Shown piece by piece: positions 40,779 to 50,507 of a stretch of DNA of 64,000 nt (positions are counted from its first letter, which is position 1; every line of letters begins with the position of its first letter). The translations under genes were made by a program, and so were the position numbers. The stretch is from a virus: IMG/VR virus record IMGVR_UViG_3300037963_004147, positions 32,001 to 96,000 of that record; one strand, given 5' to 3'. The notes under the pieces were generated by a model. It made no database searches. It was not told where the DNA came from and saw only the letters and a program-made list of their open reading frames with translations.

Positions 40779-41072
40779 ATGAGTAAAAAATTAGATAAAG
40801 ATAACCCAAATAGATGGGTGTTAATAACAAATGAAAATGAGGGTGCTGATTCTTTATTTTCATTTGGTAATGGAGGGGGACAGGGTATAACAATTGTTGA
40901 AACAGGACAACCTAATTTAGTTTCTTTTTTTACAGAAACAGAACTAGAAGAAGCTGTAAATGCAATAGCTCTTGATTCTACATATTATCAAAATGCTGTA
41001 GAAACAGAAGATGGTAGATTTTTACCTCCATCTGAATTACATGAATATGGATTAAGAACAAAAACAAATTAA
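40779..41072 (+). CDS. Hypothetical protein (tail region)
   Basis: 97-aa acidic ORF in operon context. Confidence 0.65.
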   Translation: MSKKLDKDNPNRWVLITNENEGADSLFSFGNGGGQGITIVETGQPNLVSFFTETELEEAVNAIALDSTYYQNAVETEDGRFLPPSELHEYGLRTKTN

Positions 41073-41083
41073 AATTTAAAATT

Positions 41084-41806
41084 ATGAATAAGAGAAAAAA
41101 AGCTGTAAAAGCAAGAAATATGAAACTTGCTAAACAAAAATTGAAAAAAGCTCAACCTGGAACTGAAGTTGGACAATATTTAGTAAATCCTTTTGCACAA
41201 CATAATCCTTTAAATGTAGGATTATACAAGCCTACTATAAGTAGAACTAATATACCTACTTTAAACTTAACTGATCCTTCTGGAATTAATACAGGTAGTA
41301 ATACTACTGGAAATATTAGTGGTCAAACTGTATCTCAGATAATGAATAGAATTCCTACATCTAAACCACAAGATAAGCCAGTATCTAATCCAAGACTGCC
41401 TGTAACAGGTGCATTAAGATTTAATGCTGGTACTTCAAATCCTGCTGAAGGGTTTCAAAAAACTGAAGGTACATCTAATCTTATTAATAAAAATGTACAA
41501 GGAACAATAGGAGCTGATATAAATTTTGGTAGAAAAAATAATAGAAAGACTTTAACTATTGAAGGTGGAGCTCAAAGTAATATAGATCCAAATATGAGAA
41601 ATAAAACAACTGGAAACTTTGCTAGACATACTAATCTTACTGGAAAAGTAGCTGTAAAAGATAAATCAGGGAATGTATTTCATATATCATCGGATGATCT
41701 TACTGGAGGTAATGTTAATGCTGGTGCTACATTTAAGTTTGGTAAAAAGAAAGCCGGTGGTTCTACATCTTATAAAAAGAAAATTGGTAAAAAGAAGAAA
41801 AAATAA
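41084..41806 (+). CDS. Hypothetical protein with beta-barrel-like core and Lys-rich ends
   Basis: Alternating amphipathic strands ending in NAGATFKF, flanked by poly-Lys termini. Confidence 0.6.
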   Translation: MNKRKKAVKARNMKLAKQKLKKAQPGTEVGQYLVNPFAQHNPLNVGLYKPTISRTNIPTLNLTDPSGINTGSNTTGNISGQTVSQIMNRIPTSKPQDKPVSNPRLPVTGALRFNAGTSNPAEGFQKTEGTSNLINKNVQGTIGADINFGRKNNRKTLTIEGGAQSNIDPNMRNKTTGNFARHTNLTGKVAVKDKSGNVFHISSDDLTGGNVNAGATFKFGKKKAGGSTSYKKKIGKKKKK

Positions 41807-41811
41807 AAGTT

Positions 41812-42789
41812 ATGCAATTATTACAAGACATATTAGGTTTATTCCGAAGAGCTAAAACAGTCTCTACGTTAGATAATGAAGATGTTATAGCTATTGGTAA
41901 ACATTTAAGCGAGAGAGATAAGATGCCAGCTGAAGCTGCCGTTATGGAAGCTAAAGATTTAGTGTCTTGGTTAAATACGCAAATATCCGGTAGTGGAGGT
42001 GGATTAGGACCTCAAGGTCCATCTGGTCAAAATGGTCAAGCTGCTTCAATTAGTATTGGAAGTACTACAACAGGTTCTGCAGGAACTAATGCTGAAGTTA
42101 CAAACAGTGGTAGCTCTTCAAATGCTGTATTAAACTTTGTAATACCAAAGGGTGATACTGGTGTTGGAGCACAAGGTTCACAAGGTCCAGCTGGTCCAGC
42201 GGGTCCACAAGGTGCTGTAGGTCCGGCAGGTTTAACATGGCAAGGTGCCTGGTCATCAGGTACTATTTATTCTGCTAATGATGCAGTGGGTTATAATGGT
42301 GCATCTTACTTTGCATTAAATGGAGTTGGTCCATCTCCCACAGATCCAGCAGCTGATACTACAAATTGGGCTTTATTAGCAAGTCAAGGAGCCATTGGTC
42401 CAGCAGGATCAAATGGTGCTCAGGGAGTGCAAGGTCCAGTTGGCCCTCAAGGTCCGATAGGTTTAACAGGTCCGCAGGGTCCAAGTTTATGGAGCAATGT
42501 TTTTTCAGGATCAATATCTGGAGTTTATAGTTTAAATTTAGTTGGAAATAATACTTTCCTTTTAAATGTTACAGCACCTACTACACTAGATATTGTGGGT
42601 GCATCTGTTGGAGATTACATCTTTATAATAGATAATACAGGTGGACATATTGTTTCTTTACAAACAGGTAGCACATTCTATACAAATAATAGTTTACAGC
42701 CGGTTATCTCAGGAATAACGTTAATGAAAGGAACATGGGATGGAAGTAAAATGTATATTACTTCATTAGAAAATATGACAAACTTATAG
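41812..42789 (+). CDS. Collagen-like tail fibre
   Basis: G-X-Y repeats (GPQGPSGQNGQ, GAQGSQGPAGPAGPQG...), WQGAWSSGTIY module, C-terminal beta domain. Confidence 0.85.
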   Translation: MQLLQDILGLFRRAKTVSTLDNEDVIAIGKHLSERDKMPAEAAVMEAKDLVSWLNTQISGSGGGLGPQGPSGQNGQAASISIGSTTTGSAGTNAEVTNSGSSSNAVLNFVIPKGDTGVGAQGSQGPAGPAGPQGAVGPAGLTWQGAWSSGTIYSANDAVGYNGASYFALNGVGPSPTDPAADTTNWALLASQGAIGPAGSNGAQGVQGPVGPQGPIGLTGPQGPSLWSNVFSGSISGVYSLNLVGNNTFLLNVTAPTTLDIVGASVGDYIFIIDNTGGHIVSLQTGSTFYTNNSLQPVISGITLMKGTWDGSKMYITSLENMTNL

Positions 42790-42790
42790 T

Positions 42791-44257
42791 ATGATACCAA
42801 CTAAAAATATAGATACAGAAGACTTAGTATTCTTACTTGATCCTTCTAGCCCTTTATCATTTAATAGATCTAAAGCTGCTAATAGTATTGCTTTTAATGG
42901 TAAAAATCTATTTACTGGAACTAAACTTTTTGAAAATTCTGAAGCACTTGGAGCAAGACAAGGAACATGGGGACCTAATATTATACCTCAAGATATTACA
43001 CCAAAGGGTGCTACTATTGTACAAAAAGCTTTAGAAATTGCACCAGATGCTAGTTTAGGTGTAACAATATTACAAGAAGATGTGGGTCCTGGTGCTAAGT
43101 ACTTAAGGTATGATATGAATGTAGAAGGTCTAATTGGACATATAAGTCCTGAACCTCCTGAAATACTTACATATTCATTATATATTAAACCTAGTGCTAC
43201 TACTTTAGTTGATAGATGTATTAAAATAGATAATTTTAATATGCCTGAATCTGGAGGTTTAACAGTTAATCCAATAGATGGCACTATACTCTATTCAGAT
43301 ATACACAATTTTGATGAAGGTGTAGAAGATGTTGGAAATGGTTGGTATAGAATATTTTACTCAATTAAAATATCAAATTTAAATGTTTCTGTGCGGTCTA
43401 TGCGAACAAGAATTATGCTAACCACTACAACAGGAGCTTTAAGTTATACAGGCGATGGTACATCTGGTGTATATATTTGGGGTGCTCAAATGGAGGATGG
43501 GTGTTTATCAAACTATGTTGAAACACCTAATACAGATACCATGGCAGCCTTTAAAAATAGAAAATTTACATCCGGATCAGGAAATCCTACACCATATACT
43601 ACATCATTATGGGGTAGTAACTTTAGATTTGATGGTGTTACTGGCGGATTAAACTCAGGTGCTATGATCAGAGTTCCATTTAGAAGTGGTGGAATATCTG
43701 ATATAAATGATCTTCAAAGTCATAGTGGCTTTGTTTGGGCAATAGTTAGAGATAATGCAAATCCTACTGATAATGGATGGGGTTACCCTGGATTTGAAAA
43801 TTCTTTAACTTTTATGGGTAGAATTGGAGGAAGACAAAATAATGGATGCTTTGGTATAAATAAAGATAGGGATACATTATATTATAAAGTTAGACCAGTA
43901 CTATCTAATGGAAACCCTGTAACATATTTATCAACATCAGATGTTTTTCCGCAACTTCAAATTAAGACCTGGTATTTATTTTCATTTACATATGATCTAA
44001 GTACTAAAACAACTTCTTTTTATTTAGATGGTCAACATGTTGGAGACTTTGTTAATACAAGTTACCCAACATTTACTTTTGATGGTATTCAAGGTAGTAA
44101 TGGTCAAATAGAATTAGGTTACTTTAGTGTAAATGCTGTTCCTATTGTTAGAAATCAATTTAATGGTGTTATGAATAGAGTTGCATTTTATGAAAAGATA
44201 ATGGATGCAGCTGATCATTTAAAATTCTTTGAGAATACTAGATATAGATTTAAATAA
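42791..44257 (+). CDS. Carbohydrate-binding/LamG (ConA-like) adhesin
   Basis: VGNGWYRI...YIWGAQME carbohydrate-binding-like module and WYLFSFTYD...FYLDG...FNG.M LamG motifs. Confidence 0.75.
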   Translation: MIPTKNIDTEDLVFLLDPSSPLSFNRSKAANSIAFNGKNLFTGTKLFENSEALGARQGTWGPNIIPQDITPKGATIVQKALEIAPDASLGVTILQEDVGPGAKYLRYDMNVEGLIGHISPEPPEILTYSLYIKPSATTLVDRCIKIDNFNMPESGGLTVNPIDGTILYSDIHNFDEGVEDVGNGWYRIFYSIKISNLNVSVRSMRTRIMLTTTTGALSYTGDGTSGVYIWGAQMEDGCLSNYVETPNTDTMAAFKNRKFTSGSGNPTPYTTSLWGSNFRFDGVTGGLNSGAMIRVPFRSGGISDINDLQSHSGFVWAIVRDNANPTDNGWGYPGFENSLTFMGRIGGRQNNGCFGINKDRDTLYYKVRPVLSNGNPVTYLSTSDVFPQLQIKTWYLFSFTYDLSTKTTSFYLDGQHVGDFVNTSYPTFTFDGIQGSNGQIELGYFSVNAVPIVRNQFNGVMNRVAFYEKIMDAADHLKFFENTRYRFK

Positions 44258-44309
44258 GGAAGGCTCACCAGAACGTGTAACTGATGAGTTGGTTTGCCTT
44301 CCTGTTTTT
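44257..44309. terminator. Nested hairpin at convergence of tail and replication blocks
   Basis: AGGAAGGC/GCCTTCCT outer stem with an inner CTCACCAG/CTGATGAG stem, followed by gTTTTT on the + strand. Confidence 0.6.
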
Positions 44310-44437
44310 AACACTTAACGGCTTTTACCTTACCGTTTATTTTTCACGTTTTTAGTATTTATCTCTTTTACTTGCTACAAGATAAATTAAAAGGATAGCT
44401 ATTAATAGCTTTAATATAATATCAACTATTTCCAAGC

Positions 44438-45340
44438 TTAGATTTCAAAGTCAAAATCTTCTGTTTCCCTTTCCTCAATGATCTCTTCAGTCTTCATCTC
44501 TTGCATTTCTGCATCAGCTTCAATTTCAGGATAATCTACATTACCTGCTCCATCATAGACTGGATCTTCGGTTATAATTTCAGCTTCTGTATTAACAGTA
44601 TCTTGTTGGGTAATACCCATACCTTTTAATACATTAGCCACCATAAAATCATGAAAGTTTTTAGTATCACTTAACCAAGATCTAGGGTGAACATTTTTAT
44701 AAGAATGTGTTACATGATTATAGAAAGCCCATGCATTCTCTTGATCACATTGGTAATCAAATGAAGGATTTTCCATCTCATCTTTAACAGTAGTCATTTG
44801 TCTAGGACTAATGAGATCTTCATTAAAGTACATTCTACCTAATAATTCAGCTTGAGATTTAAAATCTAACTTTGTTTGTTTTAGATTATCTCTATCATCT
44901 TTAATTCTATCAAATACCTTTTGAGCATTTTTTATTTGACTAGATATTTGTGCTCTAATCTCTTGATCTGCAGTTCCTGTATGCTTTCTTGCATAATTAA
45001 GTTCTCCACATATCATTCCGTTAGAACAAGCCATTACATAAGCTCCTATAGAACATTGAAATCTTATAGATTTATCATATGAATTTGTCCAGGCAAACAT
45101 CATACCTAGTTCAGAATCTTGTTCTGTTCCAATTTTCTTAATATGATATATGCCTTGAGCAACTTGACCTTTTCCATTGGCTCTGTAATATTCATTTGTT
45201 ACAAGAAAGCCACTGTTGGCAAGCATTTGTTTAGTTGTATCTATCACGTATTTATGTGATATAACTGTATATGTACTGCCGTGATTTGGCAGCTCTGCGT
45301 TAATTACATAACTTTTTTCTACATTTATTTTACTTGTCAT
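44438..45340 (-). CDS. DUF932/DUF945-like protein
   Basis: YTVISH...NSYDKS...ACSNGM...RKHTG...NAWAFYNHVT pattern; acidic tail. Confidence 0.65.
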   Translation of the reverse strand: MTSKINVEKSYVINAELPNHGSTYTVISHKYVIDTTKQMLANSGFLVTNEYYRANGKGQVAQGIYHIKKIGTEQDSELGMMFAWTNSYDKSIRFQCSIGAYVMACSNGMICGELNYARKHTGTADQEIRAQISSQIKNAQKVFDRIKDDRDNLKQTKLDFKSQAELLGRMYFNEDLISPRQMTTVKDEMENPSFDYQCDQENAWAFYNHVTHSYKNVHPRSWLSDTKNFHDFMVANVLKGMGITQQDTVNTEAEIITEDPVYDGAGNVDYPEIEADAEMQEMKTEEIIEERETEDFDFEI

Positions 45341-45391
45341 ATTTAAACTTTATAAGTGTAAAGATAATAAATTTTTATTATTTAAAAAATT

Positions 45392-45478
45392 TTAAGTTAT
45401 TAAATATAGGATAATGCCTATGATAATCATAAGCAAAATCCTATGCATAATTGTAAACATTAATCCTTCTTCTTCCAT
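45392..45478 (-). CDS. Small membrane peptide (not in ORF track)
   Basis: 28 aa MEEEGLMFTIMHRILLMIIIGIILYLIT; TAATG overlap with the polB stop. Confidence 0.5.
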   Translation of the reverse strand: MEEEGLMFTIMHRILLMIIIGIILYLIT

Positions 45479-47478
45479 TAAAATAATTCTAATTGATTAA
45501 TACTAACTGATAATATATTATTTATCTCAGATTCAATTGCTTTACTATAATAAGCAGTATCTACCTTGTAGTCTTCCCACTTAGGTTTGATATCTATCTC
45601 ATTATATAAAGTCTGCATCCATTTACCAGATTCTAATTGAATTTCTCTATTATCATTCTTATTAACTTTAATTATCTTAACGCTATCTCCACCGGATTTA
45701 GATATATAATATCTATTTGTTTTTTGAAGGTCTTTCTCAAAGAAATTACCATCTATTATAGATCTTGAAACTTGCTTCCAATTACCTTTGGATTTACCTC
45801 CAATGCAGTAATCTAATATATTACGATTCTTTTTCAGATAATCTTCAGGAAGAATATCTTTTACAAAGTAGTTATATATTGCTTTTTTAATAACAAGTTT
45901 AGATTTATTTTTATGCAACATTAAATCATGGAAATTAAACCGTCCCTTTAATTTAACAGGAGCATATAGAAACTTAGATTTTTTTACTTTAAATAAATAA
46001 TGAGGATTCTTTTCCTTCATCTTTCTCCATGCAGTTATATCAACTTCTTTAAATTCATTTACAGCAATGTAATTGTTAACATCACCTAAAACAATCTTCT
46101 GATATGTATCATGTTCAAGATTTAATTGAGTTATAACTTCCCATTCATTACAAATCTTTAAATAAAGATCTTTCTTATCTTTTGGGATTCTAATCTCAAC
46201 ACCATCCGTATTTTGTAATAAACCAACAGCTTCAGGTATCCCATCAAGTATCATATCATATAACATCATTAGGCTTAGTTGGCCATTTAAAGTTATACGC
46301 ATACATAATTCTGGGTCATAAAAGAAACTATTCTCTTCATTACTCAAACCGAATGTTGAATTAAGTATAATTTTATATACATAATTCATAGGATTAGACT
46401 TTGGAATTTTAACTCTTTCATCAAAGAACCATTCATATTGATCACAAAACTCTTTCTTTGGGAAATGAGCTGGTGACCATTGATTTCTAATACAAAGATT
46501 AGGATAAAAACTAGTAACATCTGAAGTCATAATAATATGATCCTCATCAGATTTATAAACAGCACTCTTTCTAGCACCGTGAATACCACCTAATGCAAAA
46601 GTTGTATGTACACCTTTATGTTCTAGTTCATATCTAAATTGACCTTTAAGATTCATTGCATCTAATTCAAGACATTTAAATCTTTCAAGAGCAGCTTTAA
46701 ACACGGGAGACTTAAATTCTATATAAGGAAGTATAAGATCTTTAACCTTAATAGTATTTCTATAAGTCTTCATGCTTTTAATCTCTCTAGGATGCATGTT
46801 TAACTTCTTACCTAAATAATAGGCAAATAACTCTTTAGCAATCTTTGGTTCTGAGGCACTAAATAAATTAATACCATACTGTGATGTTAACTCTTTACGT
46901 AATTTAATTTCTGATTTAGATCTGTTAAATATTTCTTTAGTAGATGCTACATCATTAATACAATATTTTACAATTGTATTTAACTCTTCTTTAGTTTTAA
47001 TTTCAGTTTCATGATGTATAGGCATATCTAAAAGATTTTGCCAATCCATACTAAACTGAATCCATTTAAGACTAGAACGTTTAGCAACATTATCCCAGTG
47101 ATGTAATTTAAATAAATCAATTTGACCTATCTGCAAATGCCAGGGAGCAAATACACCCCACTCTTTTTTATTTTGTCTAGCAATTGTTTCTTGAGCAAAT
47201 TTATAAATTACTTCTGCTATTGCACATCCGGACATATTAGACCATAAATCACAATTATTAAGTATATACTGAGTAACTTGGGCATCAAAGGCTAAGCCAT
47301 TAAATGATATATGCCATTGTTTCTCATCTTTATTAGTGTGTAAAAATTCTATAAACTCTTCAAAATCATTTTGTAGATCATGAACAATAAACTTCTTTCT
47401 TTCAGAAGTTTTATAATGTTCAAATACTGCAACAAAACAATTAGACAAAGTTTCATAATCCATTATCCAATGTGTCAT
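45478..47478 (-). CDS. polB: Family B DNA polymerase with 3'-5' exonuclease
   Basis: ExoI DYE, ExoII FNG..FD, ExoIII YC.ND; polymerase motifs SDVTSFYPN, KIILNSTFG, NTDG. C-terminal QLELF. Confidence 0.9.
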   Translation of the reverse strand: MTHWIMDYETLSNCFVAVFEHYKTSERKKFIVHDLQNDFEEFIEFLHTNKDEKQWHISFNGLAFDAQVTQYILNNCDLWSNMSGCAIAEVIYKFAQETIARQNKKEWGVFAPWHLQIGQIDLFKLHHWDNVAKRSSLKWIQFSMDWQNLLDMPIHHETEIKTKEELNTIVKYCINDVASTKEIFNRSKSEIKLRKELTSQYGINLFSASEPKIAKELFAYYLGKKLNMHPREIKSMKTYRNTIKVKDLILPYIEFKSPVFKAALERFKCLELDAMNLKGQFRYELEHKGVHTTFALGGIHGARKSAVYKSDEDHIIMTSDVTSFYPNLCIRNQWSPAHFPKKEFCDQYEWFFDERVKIPKSNPMNYVYKIILNSTFGLSNEENSFFYDPELCMRITLNGQLSLMMLYDMILDGIPEAVGLLQNTDGVEIRIPKDKKDLYLKICNEWEVITQLNLEHDTYQKIVLGDVNNYIAVNEFKEVDITAWRKMKEKNPHYLFKVKKSKFLYAPVKLKGRFNFHDLMLHKNKSKLVIKKAIYNYFVKDILPEDYLKKNRNILDYCIGGKSKGNWKQVSRSIIDGNFFEKDLQKTNRYYISKSGGDSVKIIKVNKNDNREIQLESGKWMQTLYNEIDIKPKWEDYKVDTAYYSKAIESEINNILSVSINQLELF

Positions 47479-47596
47479 AGTTTATTTTATTAATTATTAG
47501 AGCCAAAAAAAGACATAATAAATATGTCTTCTCTGGAGTCAGCAGGTATTTAATGATGAGGACCCTACTAACTATATAATGCCAACTACTGGACTG

Positions 47597-48025
47597 TTAG
47601 GTAGCAGACATGATAATATTTGATTTTTTGGTTTCCTTCTCATCAACGTTAAGGTATTGTTTATAGTCAAATTCAGCAAAATTAACAGCAAATAATGCCA
47701 TAAAATTTTCAATTTCACTTTTTTCAGTAATGTAAAACTCAGAAAAAGTATCAACAGTTACTCTTTGTTCTTTGTGTACTTTACCTGTTTCTTTATTAGG
47801 AGCTTTAAGTCTCTGTGGTTGTCCATTATCATCTAATCTTGGCACCATATGAAAAGATTGCTTTCTAACTTTAGTTATACAAGCTAGTATTCCAGAAGCT
47901 GGATCATACATTGCTTCAGTGTATGGGCAATCTTGTGTTAATGGGATTAAATTAAATGATTTAACATTTCTAAATGATGATGTAACTAACATCATGTTTT
48001 TTCCAATTTGGTTTTTTGCACTCAT
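47597..48025 (-). CDS. Hypothetical protein
   Basis: 142-aa ORF in operon context. Confidence 0.7.
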   Translation of the reverse strand: MSAKNQIGKNMMLVTSSFRNVKSFNLIPLTQDCPYTEAMYDPASGILACITKVRKQSFHMVPRLDDNGQPQRLKAPNKETGKVHKEQRVTVDTFSEFYITEKSEIENFMALFAVNFAEFDYKQYLNVDEKETKKSNIIMSAT

Positions 48026-48029
48026 CTTT

Positions 48030-48611
48030 TTATATTTTGTCTAAAGATATAGAATTATTTTTTAAAAGTGCAACTTCTGCTGGAATTTTTTCATGTAATG
48101 TTTCTTTTTCTAAATCTGGTTTTGAACATATTTCATGTACTTCTTTTATTGTTTCTATACTAATTTCAAATGCCTCAGCATATACTTCATGATATTTTAA
48201 AGGATTCAAAAAACTTTCAATATACTCACTTATCTTTCCAACACTACCAAAATATTTTAATACTTTATTTTTAGTTGGTGTTGAAAATTTTGAGTATCTG
48301 CCATTTATAAACATATCAAAATCATGATTAAATTTTGAGTAATCAAACACATAAATGTGTCTATCTTTTTCTATTTCTGTGGCAAATTCTAATAGTTTAT
48401 GTGACTTTAAAACTCTATCTTCAAAAAGTTTAAACTTTAGATCTTTATCACAATTATATACAACTATGTACTTATAATCATTTTCTGTATAAAGACCGTC
48501 CCAGGAGATATATGTTTCTACTGGGACAAATTCTTCACCTTTTTTAATACCTAATAAAGGGTATAAAAAAACTTTACTTTTTTGAAAATATTGAGTATAA
48601 GCACCTATCAT
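48030..48611 (-). CDS. Hypothetical protein
   Basis: 193-aa ORF coupled to the upstream exonuclease gene. Confidence 0.7.
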   Translation of the reverse strand: MIGAYTQYFQKSKVFLYPLLGIKKGEEFVPVETYISWDGLYTENDYKYIVVYNCDKDLKFKLFEDRVLKSHKLLEFATEIEKDRHIYVFDYSKFNHDFDMFINGRYSKFSTPTKNKVLKYFGSVGKISEYIESFLNPLKYHEVYAEAFEISIETIKEVHEICSKPDLEKETLHEKIPAEVALLKNNSISLDKI

Positions 48612-49606
48612 TATATATATTGTTTTTGTGTTAAAAATATATAGGGCAGGCTGTAATCTTTCTCTGAATAATGATAGTTGGCTTCTTGCAATGTAATAAA
48701 TAATCCTTCAGCCCAAGCACCCATAGTAGACTCTAGTACATCAAATACATAAACCTGATTATACTTGTCTATTACTACAAACTTAAACAAAATTTCATAA
48801 TTATCTTTATTTTCTTGCTGTAAATATTCAAAAACTAATTTATAATATATAGCAGCTTGCATCCAATAATTATAAAAGTCTATTGTATCATTAAACTCAG
48901 AAATAGTCTTACCGGTTGTCTTTAAATCACAAATAATAACTTTTTTATTTTCATGATCTACTTTAAAGTAATCTATAAAACCATGTAAACCAAAGTTAAA
49001 ATTCTTCAAACTACAATTTAAGTATTTCTCACAATGAACTTCTATAGAATCAAGTTCAAAATCTGTTTGTTTATTTTCTTGATCTCCAAACAAACTCATT
49101 ACTTCTTTATTTGATTTTAGTATCTCAACTTGACGTTTACACTTTTCTAATGTATCATTATCAATAACATCTACATTTGAATTGTTTAGAAATTTCCAAT
49201 AAGGTTTAAAGTCTTCAACTTTAATCTTAGCAATTCTTTGCTCATCAGTTTTAAGAGACTGATATAAATTCATTTCTTTCAATGAATCAAGAATTACAAA
49301 ATCTTCAATTTTATCTAAATCAACCTCATCTGTATGAAGAGTCATATCCTTCATTACTTTTCTAACATTATCACTAGGTGACTTACCAGGAACAATATTA
49401 AATTTATTCTCTAGATTATTAGGCTCAAATAGTAAACAATGAATTAACTTACCTTCTATAAGATGTTTATCAGTTTGGATCTCACGATCTTTTAATATAT
49501 AATCTTTATAAAATAAAGACGGGGAAAATTGTATTTTATTTAATGAAGAATAACTAAAGTTAAAATCTTTAGCATAGAACTCTTCTTCTTTTTGTTTATC
49601 AATCAT
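48611..49606 (-). CDS. PD-(D/E)xK exonuclease (RecE/Cas4-like)
   Basis: FSYSSL, G..IH, E...LHGFID...ICDLKT, YWMQAAIY motifs. Confidence 0.8.
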   Translation of the reverse strand: MIDKQKEEEFYAKDFNFSYSSLNKIQFSPSLFYKDYILKDREIQTDKHLIEGKLIHCLLFEPNNLENKFNIVPGKSPSDNVRKVMKDMTLHTDEVDLDKIEDFVILDSLKEMNLYQSLKTDEQRIAKIKVEDFKPYWKFLNNSNVDVIDNDTLEKCKRQVEILKSNKEVMSLFGDQENKQTDFELDSIEVHCEKYLNCSLKNFNFGLHGFIDYFKVDHENKKVIICDLKTTGKTISEFNDTIDFYNYWMQAAIYYKLVFEYLQQENKDNYEILFKFVVIDKYNQVYVFDVLESTMGAWAEGLFITLQEANYHYSEKDYSLPYIFLTQKQYI

Positions 49607-50240
49607 TCTTAACTATTTTACCATCTTTTGTGAAGATGAGGTTATCTGTATTTCTTGAATTAACTATTATATTTTTTCTGTTAGTTCTAGTATATATGTA
49701 TCTATGCTTGGCATAATTCCCATCATGTATATATCCCATATCTAACATTTGTTTTTTATTATAGTTATTCTTTCCACTTTTTCTAGATACTTGTCTATTG
49801 GTATTAGGATCTATATATCTAGGATTCTTGCCAGTTAATCCATTGTAGTTCCAGTTAGATGCTCTATACAAACCACCATCATGATTCAATGCTGTATCTG
49901 CATATGTCAATAGCATTCCCCATCTATTATCTAGTTTCTTTATACTTTGACTAATAAGAAATGATCCTGAATTTTCAGGCCTATCATCACGTAAACAAAA
50001 TCTACTTAATGATAATACACTTCTGTGGTTACAGCTAACTGATTTTGCAGCTCCTGCTGGTGGAGGATTCCAAACTGATACACCATGTAATGTATGAGGA
50101 TCTCCTTTATAGTATAAGCCAAAAACATTTGTTGCTACATTACCCATGCCGTTTGCATAGTGCCAGTTTTCTACAAAGCTTTTTGCTATGTCTTTACTTA
50201 TGGGTTTAACATCCCATTGATTTTTAATTAGTTTCATCAT
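49599..50240 (-). CDS. Mom-family GNAT-fold DNA (adenine) modification protein
   Basis: AKSFVENWHY, LSRF, NSGSFLISQSIK, TYAD...HDGGLYRASNW match Mom-like proteins. Confidence 0.75.
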   Translation of the reverse strand: MMKLIKNQWDVKPISKDIAKSFVENWHYANGMGNVATNVFGLYYKGDPHTLHGVSVWNPPPAGAAKSVSCNHRSVLSLSRFCLRDDRPENSGSFLISQSIKKLDNRWGMLLTYADTALNHDGGLYRASNWNYNGLTGKNPRYIDPNTNRQVSRKSGKNNYNKKQMLDMGYIHDGNYAKHRYIYTRTNRKNIIVNSRNTDNLIFTKDGKIVKND

Positions 50241-50505
50241 GAAATTTTATTAAGTGTGTGCAATACGTACTATATTGTATGCCCTGATGCTTAAAGATTA
50301 AGATATCTGAATACATTCTTGTCTCAATCCTATAACAATCTTTATATATTATTGTAGTATCTGGATAATATAAAGTGATGTCTCCTTCTATGTTTGAAGA
50401 TCTAAAATAATATGCATCACCATCTTTGTCAACTTTTGCTTCAGTGCAACTTACTAACATAAATACAGTTGTTACTGATATTAAAAATTTTTGTAATTGT
50501 TTCAT
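50224..50505 (-). CDS. Putative lipoprotein
   Basis: Signal peptide with lipobox LVS-C at residue 20. Confidence 0.65.
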   Translation of the reverse strand: MKQLQKFLISVTTVFMLVSCTEAKVDKDGDAYYFRSSNIEGDITLYYPDTTIIYKDCYRIETRMYSDILIFKHQGIQYSTYCTHLIKFHDETN

Positions 50506-50507
50506 AA

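Noticed and set aside
44281-44288. CTGATGAG, resembling the hammerhead ribozyme core
   Set aside because: There is no correctly placed GAAA and stem II. The segment is simply one arm of a hairpin that pairs better on the minus strand.
31326-47478. Inteins or group I introns in nrdA, nrdB or polB
   Set aside because: Genes are continuous and of compact size, with no C...HN splice motifs or homing endonuclease seen.
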